A stretch of 32,000 bases of DNA. Source: Demequinaceae bacterium. Its GTDB lineage: Bacteria; Actinomycetota; Actinomycetes; Actinomycetales; Demequinaceae. This document shows positions 18,093-27,676 of this stretch, piece by piece. The translations under genes and the position numbers were made by a program. The stretch covers positions 420,001 to 452,000 of the forward strand of contig OZ252279.1 of assembly GCA_965250005.1 (NCBI GenBank), in the 5' to 3' direction. A model generated the notes under the pieces. That model saw only the letters and a program-made list of their open reading frames with translations. It made no database searches and was not told the origin of the DNA. Each line of letters begins with the position of its first letter. Positions within the stretch are counted from its first letter, which is position 1.

Positions 18093-19109
18093 ATGCGTAT
18101 TGGAGTCCTGACCGGCGGGGGAGACTGCCCCGGCCTCAACGCGGCAATCCGCGCAATCGTGAAGCACGGAGTAGCCGAGGGCAGCTCTGTGGTTGGGTTT
18201 CGCAACGGCTGGCGAGGTGCCATTGACGGCGACGCGACGCCGCTCACTCGCGACGACGTCAGCGGCATTCTGGTCGAGGGCGGCACCATGCTTGGAACCG
18301 CTCGGTGCCACCCGCACAAGGTCGAGGGCGGCATTCAGGCCGTCGTTGAAACCGCCGCCAACGAAAACATCGACGCCATCATCTGCATCGGGGGCGACGG
18401 CACTCTTAAGGCGGCCGCGAAGGTTCACAAAGCCGGAGTCCCGGTAGTGGGCATCCCCAAGACCATTGATAACGACGTGGTTGGCACAGATGTCTCAATT
18501 GGCTTCGACACCGCGGTCTCCATCGCGACCGAAGCCATTGACCGCCTTCACTCCACGGCTGAATCGCACCACCGCGTCATGGTGGTGGAACTCATGGGGC
18601 GCCACTGCGGATGGATTGCCGTCACGGCAGGGGTCGCGGGAGGCGCAGACATCATTCTTGCGCCCGAGTCTCCCTTCGATATCGACGTCATCGCGCGCAA
18701 GATCAAGCACCGTCACCGCTACAAGGACTTCTCGATCGTCGCGGTCGCTGAGGGAGCGATTCCCGCCGAGGGGACCGAGTGGGACTTCGACGCGTCGATC
18801 GACAAGCGAGGAAACCCAATCTCCGGGCAGATCGGGCAGCAACTCACTACTGCGATCGAGGCCAAGACGGGCTTCGCGGCTCGCCTAACCGTTCTGGGTT
18901 ATGTCCAACGCGGCGGCGTCCCCACAGCGGCCGACAGGCTCCTTGCGACCCGATTCGGGGTCGCGGCCGTGAATGCGGTCCACGAGGGAGAGACGGGCAA
19001 GTTCACTGCCTTGCGTGGCGAGCACATCGAAATGCGGCCGTTGAGCGTGATGGCGGGCAAGACAAAGTACGTTCCCGAGGACCTCCTGAAGATGGCCTGG
19101 GGCCTCTAG
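18093..19109 (+). CDS. pfkA: 6-phosphofructokinase (actinobacterial PfkA type)
   Basis: 338 aa. MRIGVLTGGGDCPGLNAAIR, ICIGGDGTL, GIPKTIDNDV, MGRHCGWIA. The start lies 11 nt after the polA stop. Confidence 0.93.
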   Translation: MRIGVLTGGGDCPGLNAAIRAIVKHGVAEGSSVVGFRNGWRGAIDGDATPLTRDDVSGILVEGGTMLGTARCHPHKVEGGIQAVVETAANENIDAIICIGGDGTLKAAAKVHKAGVPVVGIPKTIDNDVVGTDVSIGFDTAVSIATEAIDRLHSTAESHHRVMVVELMGRHCGWIAVTAGVAGGADIILAPESPFDIDVIARKIKHRHRYKDFSIVAVAEGAIPAEGTEWDFDASIDKRGNPISGQIGQQLTTAIEAKTGFAARLTVLGYVQRGGVPTAADRLLATRFGVAAVNAVHEGETGKFTALRGEHIEMRPLSVMAGKTKYVPEDLLKMAWGL

Positions 19110-19133
19110 CCCCGTGCCGCGCTTCTTCACGAG

Positions 19134-19163
19134 TTGGTGAGGTCCTCACAGGGGGAGTAGGAT
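19134..19163 (+). promoter_or_regulatory. Candidate rpsA promoter with a palindrome overlapping its -35 and spacer
   Basis: TTGGTG (19134-19139), an 18-nt spacer, then TAGGAT (19158-19163, TANNNT). The perfect palindrome GTGAGG-T-CCTCAC (19137-19149) overlaps the -35 hexamer and runs into the spacer. Motif-only evidence. Confidence 0.3.
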
Positions 19164-19245
19164 ACGCGGCGGTGCAGTGCGCCCTTTGCGTTGCGCCCGT
19201 CCATGTCCATACGATCCACTAATGTCCATCGGAGTCATCTCCCTA

Positions 19246-20715
19246 ATGCCCGTATCCGCCCCTGAAACCACCGAAATCGCCGTCAATGACATCGGCTCGA
19301 GCGAAGATTTCCTCGCCGCTGTAGACGCGACAATCAAGAACTTCGACGACGGAGACCTCGTTGAGGGAACCGTCGTCAAGGTTGACCGCGACGAAGTCCT
19401 GCTCGACATCGGCTACAAGACCGAAGGCGTCATTCCTTCGCGCGAGCTGTCCATCCGCAACGATGCGAACCCGGACGAGATCGTCACTCTCGGAGACACC
19501 ATCGAAGCGCTGGTCCTCACCAAGGAGGACAAAGAAGGCCGCCTGATCCTGTCCAAGAAGCGCGCACAATACGAACGCGCCTGGGGTAGCATCGAAAAGA
19601 TCAAGGAAGAGGACGGCATCGTCACCGGTACCGTCATCGAGGTCGTCAAGGGTGGCCTCATCATGGACATCGGACTACGCGGCTTCCTTCCCGCCTCGCT
19701 CGTCGAAATGCGCCGCGTGCGCGACCTGGCTCCCTATATTGGCCAGGAGATCGAGGCCAAGATCATCGAGCTCGACAAGAACCGCAACAACGTGGTCCTG
19801 TCGCGCCGCGCCTTCCTCGAGCAGACGCAGTCTGAGGTGCGCTCGACATTCTTGACTGCGCTTGCGCCCGGGCAGCGCCGTACCGGCGTCGTGTCGTCCA
19901 TCGTCAACTTTGGTGCCTTCGTGGATCTTGGCGGCGTTGACGGCCTCGTTCACGTTTCCGAGCTTTCTTGGAAGCACATCGACCACCCTGGCGAGATCGT
20001 CACGGTTGGCGACGAGGTCAACGTCGAGGTGCTCGAGATCGACATGGACCGAGAGCGCGTCTCGCTCTCGCTCAAGGCGACTCAGGAAGACCCATGGGCC
20101 GTGTACGCGCGTACGCACGCGATCGGCCAGATTGTGCCCGGAAAGGTCACCAAGCTTGTCCCCTTCGGCGCCTTCGTGCGCGTGTTCGAAGGCATCGAAG
20201 GTCTGGTGCACATCTCCGAGCTCGCCACGCGTCACGTGGAGCTACCCGAGCAGGTTGTCGCTCCGGACGACGACGTGTTCGTCAAGATCATCGACATCGA
20301 CCTAGAGCGTCGTCGCATCTCGCTGAGCATCAAGCAGGCGAACGAGGGCGTCGACCCCGCAGGCGAAGACTTCGACCCCGCGCTCTACGGAATGACGGCC
20401 GAGTACGACGACAAGGGCGAGTACAAGTACCCCGAGGGCTTCGACTCCGACACCCAGGAATGGCGCGACGGCTTTGACGAGCAGCGCGAGGTGTGGGAGG
20501 CCGAGTACGCCAAGGCCAACGAACGCTGGGAACTTCACAAGGCGTTTGTCACCAAGTCCGATGCTGCCGCCGAGGCGGCGGGGCCTGTTGCCAAGCGTGC
20601 AGACACCGTCGACAGCTCGGCGTCGTTCATCTCTGAGGACTCGGACTCGGATGCAGGAACCCTCGCATCTGACGAGCGCCTAGCGGCACTTCGCGAGAAG
20701 TTGACCGGGGAGTAG
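19246..20715 (+). CDS. rpsA: 30S ribosomal protein S1
   Basis: The ORF is listed from 19177, but the conserved actinobacterial N-terminus begins at the ATG at 19246 (MPVSAPETTEIAVNDIGSSEDFLAAVD...). It has four S1 domains (GTVVKVDRDEVLLDIGYKTEGVIP etc.) and an acidic C-terminus. Confidence 0.95.
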   Translation: MPVSAPETTEIAVNDIGSSEDFLAAVDATIKNFDDGDLVEGTVVKVDRDEVLLDIGYKTEGVIPSRELSIRNDANPDEIVTLGDTIEALVLTKEDKEGRLILSKKRAQYERAWGSIEKIKEEDGIVTGTVIEVVKGGLIMDIGLRGFLPASLVEMRRVRDLAPYIGQEIEAKIIELDKNRNNVVLSRRAFLEQTQSEVRSTFLTALAPGQRRTGVVSSIVNFGAFVDLGGVDGLVHVSELSWKHIDHPGEIVTVGDEVNVEVLEIDMDRERVSLSLKATQEDPWAVYARTHAIGQIVPGKVTKLVPFGAFVRVFEGIEGLVHISELATRHVELPEQVVAPDDDVFVKIIDIDLERRRISLSIKQANEGVDPAGEDFDPALYGMTAEYDDKGEYKYPEGFDSDTQEWRDGFDEQREVWEAEYAKANERWELHKAFVTKSDAAAEAAGPVAKRADTVDSSASFISEDSDSDAGTLASDERLAALREKLTGE

Positions 20716-21338
20716 TGCTCCGTATTGGACTGACCGGCGGAATTGCGGCCGGGAAGTCAGTCGCCGCGCAGCGCTTTGAGCAACTCGGAGCGCGTGTGGT
20801 GGATCACGACCAATTGGCGCGGCAGGCCGTTGAACCCGGCTCAGCAGCGTTGTCTGAGTTGGTGCGGGCGTTCGGCTCGACCGTGATTGTAGATGGGGGC
20901 CTCGATCGGAGTATTCTCGGTGAGATCGTTTTTCGCGACAGCGCATCGCTCTCAAGGTTGAATGCGATCGTGCACCCATACGTGTATGCGCTTGGCAAGG
21001 CCGCGGACAGGCAGGCTCGCGAGGATGGCGTGAAAGTGATCGTCCACGAGATTCCGCTACTGGTGGAGAGCGACCAGGCGGACGGCGAATACGACATGGT
21101 GCTGACGGTCGCGGCGCCCACCGTTGAGCGGCTGAAGCGGCTAATGGAAGGGCGTGGGCTCACGCACGCGCAGGCGATGGCGCGCATCGAGTCTCAAGCC
21201 ACGGACGAGCAGCGGGCGGCGGCGGCGGACATCGTGTTTGATGGCGGCGGAAGCGACCTCAAACTATTCCAGCAGGTAGACAGGTACTGGCACGACTCAA
21301 TTCCCGTGTCCGACCGTCCAGCTAGCCTATTAGAATGA
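20715..21338 (+). CDS. coaE: Dephospho-CoA kinase (short, single-domain form)
   Basis: 207 aa. The GTG start shares 1 nt with the rpsA stop (TAGTG). P-loop: [15 protein letters not shown]. Confidence 0.92.
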   Translation: MLRIGLTGGIAAGKSVAAQRFEQLGARVVDHDQLARQAVEPGSAALSELVRAFGSTVIVDGGLDRSILGEIVFRDSASLSRLNAIVHPYVYALGKAADRQAREDGVKVIVHEIPLLVESDQADGEYDMVLTVAAPTVERLKRLMEGRGLTHAQAMARIESQATDEQRAAAADIVFDGGGSDLKLFQQVDRYWHDSIPVSDRPASLLE

Positions 21339-23392
21339 CCTCTTCCGATTTGCGGCGCTCAGAGGCGCCGTTTGAAGTCATTTCCGACTTCACTCCCTCT
21401 GGCGATCAGCCCGCCGCAATCGCTGATCTCGCCACTCGCGTTCGGGCGGGAGAGCAGGACGTCGTCTTGCTCGGCGCCACCGGAACAGGAAAGTCTGCCA
21501 CCACCGCGTGGCTCATCGAGGAGCTTCAGCGGCCAACGCTCGTGATGGTCCACAACAAAACTCTCGCGGCTCAGCTTGCAAACGAGTTCAGAGAGCTTCT
21601 GCCCAACAATGCAGTGGAGTACTTCGTTTCGTACTACGACTACTTCCAGCCGGAAGCGTACGTTCCCCAGACGGACACGTACATCGAGAAGGACTCGTCC
21701 ATTAACGAAGAGGTCGAGCGGCTCCGCTACTCTGCTACCAATTCGCTACTGACCCGGCGGGACGTCGTAGTAGTTTCATCCGTCTCCTGCATTTACGGAC
21801 TCGGCACGCCTGAGGAATACATCCAGGGAATGGTCACCCTCGAAGTCGGGCAGCGCATCAATCGGGATGCCTTGCTACGCGCATTCGTCCGAATTCAATA
21901 CACGCGTAATGACCTAGCCTTCACCCGCGGGGCCTTCCGTGTGCGCGGAGACACGGTGGAGATCATCCCCGTCTACGAAGAACTCGCGATCCGCATCGAG
22001 ATGTTCGGTGACGAGATTGAGTCGATCCAAAGCCTGCACCCGCTCACCGGCAACGTGTTGGGTACGTGGCAGCAGGCGCACGTCTTTCCCGCCAGCCACT
22101 ACATCGCGAGCCGCGACCGGATGAGCCGCGCCATCTCGACCATCGAACAAGAGTTAGGAGCGCGCTTGGCGGAGCTCGATTCGCAGAACAAGCTACTCGA
22201 GTCCCAGCGCCTCAAGATGCGCACCACGTTCGACCTCGAAATGATGCAGTCGGTTGGCACGTGCTCGGGCATCGAAAACTACTCGCGGCATATCGAGGGC
22301 CGGGCGGCGGGCACCGCTCCACACACGCTGCTTGACTACTTTCCGGAAGACTTCCTGCTGGTAATCGACGAATCTCATGTGACGGTTCCCCAGATTGGCG
22401 CAATGTACGAGGGCGATTCGGCGCGCAAGCGCACCCTTGTTGAGCACGGTTTTCGCCTGCCATCGGCACTCGACAACCATCCGCTCAAGTGGCCCGAGTT
22501 TCAGGAACGCATCGGCCAGACGGTCTACTTGTCCGCGACTCCCGGCAAGTACGAACTCGATCGAGCGGACGGCACTGTCCAACAAATCATTCGGCCGACC
22601 GGGCTCGTTGACCCCAAGGTCGTCGTGAAACCGACTGATGGTCAGATAGATGACCTGCTCGAGCAAGTTCGCCAGCGGGTGGAATCCAACGAGCGGGTGC
22701 TGGTGACCACGCTGACCAAGAAGATGGCCGAAGACCTCACAGATTTTCTTGCGGACCGCGGTGTACGGGTTGAGTATCTGCACTCGGATGTTGACACACT
22801 TCGAAGAGTTGAACTGCTGCGCGAACTGAGAATGGGCAAGTTCGACGTGCTCGTGGGGATCAACTTGCTCCGGGAAGGACTCGACCTGCCGGAGGTTTCG
22901 CTCGTGTCGATCCTTGACGCGGACAAGGAAGGATTCTTGCGCTCCGCCACCTCTCTGATTCAGACCATTGGCCGCGCCGCCAGAAACGTTTCGGGCGAGG
23001 TCCACATGTACGCGGACCGCATTACGGACTCGATGGCAGTGGCAATAGACGAGACAAACCGCCGGCGCGAGATTCAGGTCGACTACAACACCGAGCACGG
23101 AATCGATCCCGAGCCGTTGCGCAAGCGCATCGGCGACATTACGGAGATGCTCGCCCGCGAAGACGCGGACACCGAACAAGCGCTCGGTGCGGCTGCTGAG
23201 AGCGGGCCGATTGGCAAGGGAAATGGCGAGGCTACAGGCCGACCAGCAGCCGAGCTTTCTGACCTGATCGCCGAGCTCACCGCGCAGATGCGTGGCGCGG
23301 CACAGGATCTTCACTTCGAACTCGCCGCCCGACTCCGTGACGAAGTCGGTGACCTCAAGAAGGAACTGCGGGAGATGACCAGCGCCCAGTAG
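21335..23392 (+). CDS. uvrB: Excinuclease ABC subunit B
   Basis: 685 aa. The ATG overlaps the coaE stop (ATGA). Motifs: GATGTGKS helicase motif I, DESHVT, beta-hairpin region, C-terminal UVR domain ([13 protein letters not shown]). Confidence 0.97.
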   Translation: MTSSDLRRSEAPFEVISDFTPSGDQPAAIADLATRVRAGEQDVVLLGATGTGKSATTAWLIEELQRPTLVMVHNKTLAAQLANEFRELLPNNAVEYFVSYYDYFQPEAYVPQTDTYIEKDSSINEEVERLRYSATNSLLTRRDVVVVSSVSCIYGLGTPEEYIQGMVTLEVGQRINRDALLRAFVRIQYTRNDLAFTRGAFRVRGDTVEIIPVYEELAIRIEMFGDEIESIQSLHPLTGNVLGTWQQAHVFPASHYIASRDRMSRAISTIEQELGARLAELDSQNKLLESQRLKMRTTFDLEMMQSVGTCSGIENYSRHIEGRAAGTAPHTLLDYFPEDFLLVIDESHVTVPQIGAMYEGDSARKRTLVEHGFRLPSALDNHPLKWPEFQERIGQTVYLSATPGKYELDRADGTVQQIIRPTGLVDPKVVVKPTDGQIDDLLEQVRQRVESNERVLVTTLTKKMAEDLTDFLADRGVRVEYLHSDVDTLRRVELLRELRMGKFDVLVGINLLREGLDLPEVSLVSILDADKEGFLRSATSLIQTIGRAARNVSGEVHMYADRITDSMAVAIDETNRRREIQVDYNTEHGIDPEPLRKRIGDITEMLAREDADTEQALGAAAESGPIGKGNGEATGRPAAELSDLIAELTAQMRGAAQDLHFELAARLRDEVGDLKKELREMTSAQ

Positions 23393-23422
23393 CGCACGTG
23401 ATTACCGCTTCAGGACGGCGCA

Positions 23423-23428
23423 TAGGAT
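23423..23428 (+). promoter_or_regulatory. -10-like hexamer TAGGAT 6 nt upstream of the terC GTG (leaderless geometry; could instead be read as an AGGA SD)
   Basis: TAGGAT fits TANNNT. The spacer GAACGC follows, then the GTG at 23435. The uvrB-terC spacer is only 42 nt. Confidence 0.3.
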
Positions 23429-23434
23429 GAACGC

Positions 23435-24439
23435 GTGAACGAGCCAATCGTGTGGAGTGCCACCATCGCGCTCGTCCTAGGTCTACTCACCTTTGATTTC
23501 TACGCGCACGTGCGGCGCCCGCATGAGCCGACATTCCGAGAGTCGGTTCGATGGACCGCGTTTTATGTTGGGCTCGCGCTGGCGTTCGGCGCATCGATGT
23601 GGTGGTGGCGCGGGGAGGCCGCCTCCAAGGAGTTCCTTGCCGGGTACATCACCGAGTGGTCCCTCTCCGTCGATAACCTGTTCGTGTTCCTGGTTATTCT
23701 GTCGCGATTTGCCGTTCCCCCGATCTACCGGCAGCGCGTGCTGCTCTTCGGCGTGGCACTGGCGCTAGTTTTGCGCGGACTCTTCATCGCCCTGGGCGCG
23801 ACGGCCCTGGCGCACTTCTCGTGGGTCTTCTATGGCTTTGGCGCCCTCCTTATCTATACGGCGATCGCGCTCGCCCGCGACGGGGGAGAGGCTGCGCCTG
23901 AGTACAAGGAGAATAGAGCCATGCGGGCTGTTCAGCGCTGGCTGCCCTCGACCGACAACTACCGCGGCGGCGCTGTCACGGTTGTTGAAGCCGGCCGCCG
24001 CCTCGTCACTCCGATGCTGCTCGTCATGATCGCGATCGGCACCACAGATGTACTCTTCGCGCTCGACTCGATTCCCGCGATCTTCGGCCTGACCACTGAT
24101 CCGTACATCGTCTTTGCTGCAAACGCCTTTGCCCTCATGGGCCTGCGGCAACTCTTCTTTGTCGTGGACGGCTTGCTCAGCAAACTCATCTACTTGTCCT
24201 ACGGGCTCGCTGTGGTACTCGGCTTCATTGGTGTCAAGTTGGTATTCGAGGCCCTGCTCCAGAACTCGTTGCCGTTCATCAACGGGGGCGAAGCAGTCGA
24301 ACTGGTTCCACACATCAGCATCGAAATGTCTCTTGCGGTGATTCTTGGCACGCTCGCCATTGCGGCATCGGCCAGCTTGCTCGTCTCGCGTTCACGCGCG
24401 AAACGCAGAGCAACTGCGAGTACACACGACGCGGGCTAG
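23435..24439 (+). CDS. terC: TerC/Alx-family integral membrane protein
   Basis: 334 aa and polytopic. TerC-family pattern (FDFYAHVRRPHEPTFRESVRWTAFYVGLALAFG, EWSLSVDNLFVF, TDVLFALDSIPA). Confidence 0.9.
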   Translation: MNEPIVWSATIALVLGLLTFDFYAHVRRPHEPTFRESVRWTAFYVGLALAFGASMWWWRGEAASKEFLAGYITEWSLSVDNLFVFLVILSRFAVPPIYRQRVLLFGVALALVLRGLFIALGATALAHFSWVFYGFGALLIYTAIALARDGGEAAPEYKENRAMRAVQRWLPSTDNYRGGAVTVVEAGRRLVTPMLLVMIAIGTTDVLFALDSIPAIFGLTTDPYIVFAANAFALMGLRQLFFVVDGLLSKLIYLSYGLAVVLGFIGVKLVFEALLQNSLPFINGGEAVELVPHISIEMSLAVILGTLAIAASASLLVSRSRAKRRATASTHDAG

Positions 24440-24732
24440 GAAACGGGAGCGGGAGCCCTTCCCCACGTCGCGGCCCACCTACGCACCCGGAGCTTTGTCA
24501 CCAAATCCTGGGTGACATACGGGTCGCGCCGCACCATTTCCTCGACTTCCTCCGCAGTGTTCGACTCGACAATCAGCAGCGCTCCGGGCGACCCAGTGTC
24601 GTCGTAACGCCCGAAGGCGATCATCCTTCCTGTCTGCACCAAACCCGCGAGATACGCGCGATGTTCTGGCCTGTGGGCGTCCCTGAGATGGGACCTGTCG
24701 TCGTAGGTGTACTCCACCATGTAGGTTGGCAT
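24436..24732 (-). CDS. YciI-family protein
   Basis: 98 aa. MPTYMVEYTY...RPEHRAYL...G....GR........ALLIVE..TAEEVEEMVRRDPY is typical of YciI-like proteins. Its stop overlaps the terC stop on the opposite strand through the palindrome CTAG. Confidence 0.85.
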   Translation of the reverse strand: MPTYMVEYTYDDRSHLRDAHRPEHRAYLAGLVQTGRMIAFGRYDDTGSPGALLIVESNTAEEVEEMVRRDPYVTQDLVTKLRVRRWAATWGRAPAPVS

Positions 24733-24733
24733 G

Positions 24734-24748
24734 CCCCTAACTTAGGGG
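24734..24748. promoter_or_regulatory. Palindrome CCCCTAA-C-TTAGGGG abutting the yciI start; it carries TANNNT hexamers on both strands
   Basis: Perfect 7-bp arms. Minus-strand TAAGTT (24744->24739) lies 6 nt upstream of the yciI ATG (24732). Plus-strand TAACTT (24738-24743) points toward uvrA. Confidence 0.35.
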
Positions 24749-24783
24749 GCAAGAGGCCGCGCGCCGGGGAAAGCGACACGCCG

Positions 24784-24799
24784 TCGAACATTTGTTCGA
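24784..24799. promoter_or_regulatory. LexA SOS box (actinobacterial/Cheo-box type), TCGAACATTTGTTCGA
   Basis: Exact match to the published actinobacterial LexA consensus TCGAAC-N4-GTTCGA. It lies 28 nt upstream of the uvrA start codon and overlaps the predicted -35. uvrA is a classical SOS-regulon member. Confidence 0.8.
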
Positions 24800-24820
24800 C
24801 TCGACTGTTCGAAGTACCAT
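24792..24820 (+). promoter_or_regulatory. Candidate uvrA promoter (-35 TTGTTC, 17-nt spacer, -10 TACCAT), leaderless geometry
   Basis: TTGTTC (24792-24797) lies inside the SOS box. TACCAT (24815-24820, TANNNT) is followed by the 6-nt spacer AGGCAA and then the GTG at 24827. There is no SD sequence. Confidence 0.45.
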
Positions 24821-24826
24821 AGGCAA

Positions 24827-27667
24827 GTGAACGAGAAGCTGCTGATCCGTGGTGCCAGAGAGCACAACCTTAAGTCCATAGACCTTGACCTACCGCGCGA
24901 CGCACTGATCGTATTCAGCGGGCTCAGTGGCTCGGGAAAGTCCTCTCTCGCTTTCGACACCATCTTTGCCGAAGGGCAACGGCGGTACGTTGAATCGCTC
25001 TCAGCTTACGCGCGACAGTTCCTGGGGCAGATGGACAAACCAGACGTCGACTTCATTGAGGGACTATCGCCCGCGGTTTCGATCGACCAGAAATCCACCA
25101 ACCGCAACCCGCGATCCACGGTCGGCACAGTCACAGAGGTTTACGATTACCTGCGGCTGCTGTACGCACGCGTCGGCGTTCCTCACTGCCCGGAGTGCGG
25201 TGAGCTGGTCACGGGCCAGACCGCGCAGCAGATTGTCGACTCGGTGCTAACCCTTCCCGAAGACACGCGATATCAGGTGCTCGCGCCGGTGGTCCGCGGC
25301 CGCAAGGGCGAATATCAGGACCTGTTCGATGAGTTGCAGCAACAGGGGTTTGCGCGCGCGCGCGTCGATGGCGAGACTATTCAGTTGAGCGAGCCTCCCA
25401 CGCTAGAGAAGAAGCTCAAGCACAACATCGAGGTTGTTGTCGACCGGCTCGTGGCGCGACCAGGTATCCGCCAACGCTTGGCCGACTCGGTGGAAACCGC
25501 ACTTCGCATCGCGGACGGGCTACTAGTCATCGATCCCGTGGACGATGACAGTGAAGCGCGCCGCTACTCAGAGAAACGCGCGTGCCCCAATGATCATGTG
25601 CTGACACTGGAAGAAGTCGAACCACGCACCTTTTCGTTCAACGCTCCTTACGGCGCATGCCCCGAGTGCACCGGCATCGGCATCAAGAAGGAAGTCGATC
25701 CGGATCTGGTTGTTCCCGACCCGGAAGTGAGTCTGAACGAGGGAGCACTCGCCCCGTGGGCAGCGATGGCGTCGGAGTACTTCGGTCGCATGATGACCGC
25801 CCTCGCCGCAGACCAGGGCTTCTCCATGGATGTGCCGTTCTCGGCGCTATCTGAGGATGCAAAAACGTCAGTGCTCTACGGCCAAGATTATGAAGTCCAT
25901 GTGAAATTCAAGAACCGCTATGGACGCGAGCGGCAATACACCACGGGCTTCGAAGGTGTCATCACGTGGATTGAGCGCCTGCATTCGCAAACGGAGTCGG
26001 ACTGGTCGCGCGAGAAGTACGAGTCCTACATGCGCGAGGTCCCGTGCCACGTTTGCGAGGGCACGCGCCTCAAGCCCGAGGTTCTCGCCGTCCATATCGG
26101 CGGAATGTCGATAGCCGAGGTATGCGAGATGTCTATAGCGCAGGCGCGGTCCTTCCTCGGGGACGCGAAGCTCGATGAACGCGGCAGGCAGATCGCGGTC
26201 CAAGTGCTCAAGGAGATCGACGCGCGTCTCGGTTTTTTGCTGGACGTTGGGCTCGACTACCTCACGCTGTCGCGTCCGGCGGCCACACTTTCGGGAGGCG
26301 AGGCCCAGCGCATCCGCCTCGCAACACAAATCGGCTCGGGTCTCGTTGGCGTTCTCTACGTCCTAGACGAGCCCAGCATCGGCTTGCACCAACGCGATAA
26401 TCACCGCCTCATTGAGACGCTTACGCGCTTGCGGGACCTTGGCAACACGCTGATCGTTGTCGAGCACGACGAGGACACCATCAAAACTGCGGACTGGATC
26501 GTGGATATCGGCCCTGGCGCGGGTGAGCACGGCGGTGAAGTGGTGCACTCGGGAACCCTCGATGGATTGCTAGCGAACGAGCAGTCCTTGACAGCCGCCT
26601 ACGTGTCCGGCCGCAAAGTGATCGACCGGCCCGCCACTCGTCGCGTCGTTGACGCCGACCGGGTAGTGACGGTCATCGGCGCTCGGGAAAACAACCTGCA
26701 GGGAATCGACGTCTCGTTCCCCCTTGGGGTGCTCACGGCGGTAACCGGCGTGTCAGGCTCAGGGAAGTCCACGCTGGTGAACGGGATTCTGTATACCTCG
26801 CTCGCGAACACGCTCAACGGCGCGCGCCAAGTTCCCGGGCGGCACACGCGGATCGTCGGAGCAGGGCAACTCGACAAAATCGTCCACGTCGACCAAGGGC
26901 CCATCGGCCGCACGCCGCGATCCAACCCCGCGACGTACACAGGTGTCTGGGACAAGGTCCGCAAGCTCTTTGCCGAAACCGAGGAGGCTCGGGTGCGCGG
27001 CTACGGACCGGGGCGCTTCTCCTTCAACGTCAAGGGCGGTCGCTGTGAGTCATGCTCGGGCGACGGCACCCTGCGCATTGAGATGAATTTCCTTCCGGAC
27101 GTCTACGTTCCCTGCGAGGTTTGCAAGAGTGCTCGCTATAACCGGGAGACTCTCGAGGTCCACTTCAAGGGCAAGACGGTTGCCGACATCCTCAACATGC
27201 CGATCGAAGAAGGCGCGCGCTTCTTTGAGGCGATTCCTTCGATCGCACGGCACCTCAACACCCTCGTCGATGTGGGACTCGGATACGTCCGGCTCGGGCA
27301 GCCGGCGCCCACGCTCTCCGGCGGCGAGGCCCAGCGAGTGAAACTCGCAACCGAGCTCCAGCGCAGGTCCACGGGGCGCACCATTTACGTCCTCGATGAG
27401 CCCACCACGGGCCTTCACTTCGAGGATGTCAGCAAACTCCTCGGGGTGTTGCAGGGGCTTGTGGATAAGGGCAACACCGTCATCGTGATTGAGCACAACC
27501 TGGACGTCATCAAGAGCGCCGACTGGGTAATCGACCTTGGCCCCGAGGGCGGAGGGGGAGGCGGGACGCTAGTTTCGGAGGGCACCCCAGAGCACGTGGC
27601 ACAGATTCCGGCAAGCCACACCGGCACATACTTGGCCAGCGCTCTAGACCCCGTCCCTGCGGCGTAG
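24827..27667 (+). CDS. uvrA: Excinuclease ABC subunit A
   Basis: 946 aa. The N-terminus [45 protein letters not shown] aligns residue-for-residue in register with the E. coli UvrA start. It has two ABC ATPase modules and zinc-finger Cys pairs ([24 protein letters not shown]...CEVC). Confidence 0.97.
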   Translation: MNEKLLIRGAREHNLKSIDLDLPRDALIVFSGLSGSGKSSLAFDTIFAEGQRRYVESLSAYARQFLGQMDKPDVDFIEGLSPAVSIDQKSTNRNPRSTVGTVTEVYDYLRLLYARVGVPHCPECGELVTGQTAQQIVDSVLTLPEDTRYQVLAPVVRGRKGEYQDLFDELQQQGFARARVDGETIQLSEPPTLEKKLKHNIEVVVDRLVARPGIRQRLADSVETALRIADGLLVIDPVDDDSEARRYSEKRACPNDHVLTLEEVEPRTFSFNAPYGACPECTGIGIKKEVDPDLVVPDPEVSLNEGALAPWAAMASEYFGRMMTALAADQGFSMDVPFSALSEDAKTSVLYGQDYEVHVKFKNRYGRERQYTTGFEGVITWIERLHSQTESDWSREKYESYMREVPCHVCEGTRLKPEVLAVHIGGMSIAEVCEMSIAQARSFLGDAKLDERGRQIAVQVLKEIDARLGFLLDVGLDYLTLSRPAATLSGGEAQRIRLATQIGSGLVGVLYVLDEPSIGLHQRDNHRLIETLTRLRDLGNTLIVVEHDEDTIKTADWIVDIGPGAGEHGGEVVHSGTLDGLLANEQSLTAAYVSGRKVIDRPATRRVVDADRVVTVIGARENNLQGIDVSFPLGVLTAVTGVSGSGKSTLVNGILYTSLANTLNGARQVPGRHTRIVGAGQLDKIVHVDQGPIGRTPRSNPATYTGVWDKVRKLFAETEEARVRGYGPGRFSFNVKGGRCESCSGDGTLRIEMNFLPDVYVPCEVCKSARYNRETLEVHFKGKTVADILNMPIEEGARFFEAIPSIARHLNTLVDVGLGYVRLGQPAPTLSGGEAQRVKLATELQRRSTGRTIYVLDEPTTGLHFEDVSKLLGVLQGLVDKGNTVIVIEHNLDVIKSADWVIDLGPEGGGGGGTLVSEGTPEHVAQIPASHTGTYLASALDPVPAA

Positions 27668-27676
27668 GCTGACCGC

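Noticed and set aside
19177-19245. Extended rpsA start at 19177, which adds 23 codons (MRPLRCARPCPYDPLMSIGVISL).
   Set aside because: The conserved actinobacterial S1 N-terminus begins at the ATG at 19246 (MPVSAPETTEIAVNDIGSSEDF...). The extension is Cys/Pro/Arg-rich and does not look like S1.
23393-23434. yybP-ykoY (Mn) riboswitch upstream of terC.
   Set aside because: The spacer is only 42 nt and I could not see the conserved riboswitch helices. Retained only as a negative observation in the findings.
24801-24813. Second SOS box downstream of the first one (TCGACTGTTCGAA).
   Set aside because: Only the GTTCGA half-site is intact. The left half and the spacing do not fit TCGAAC-N4-GTTCGA, so I treat it as a half-site at most.
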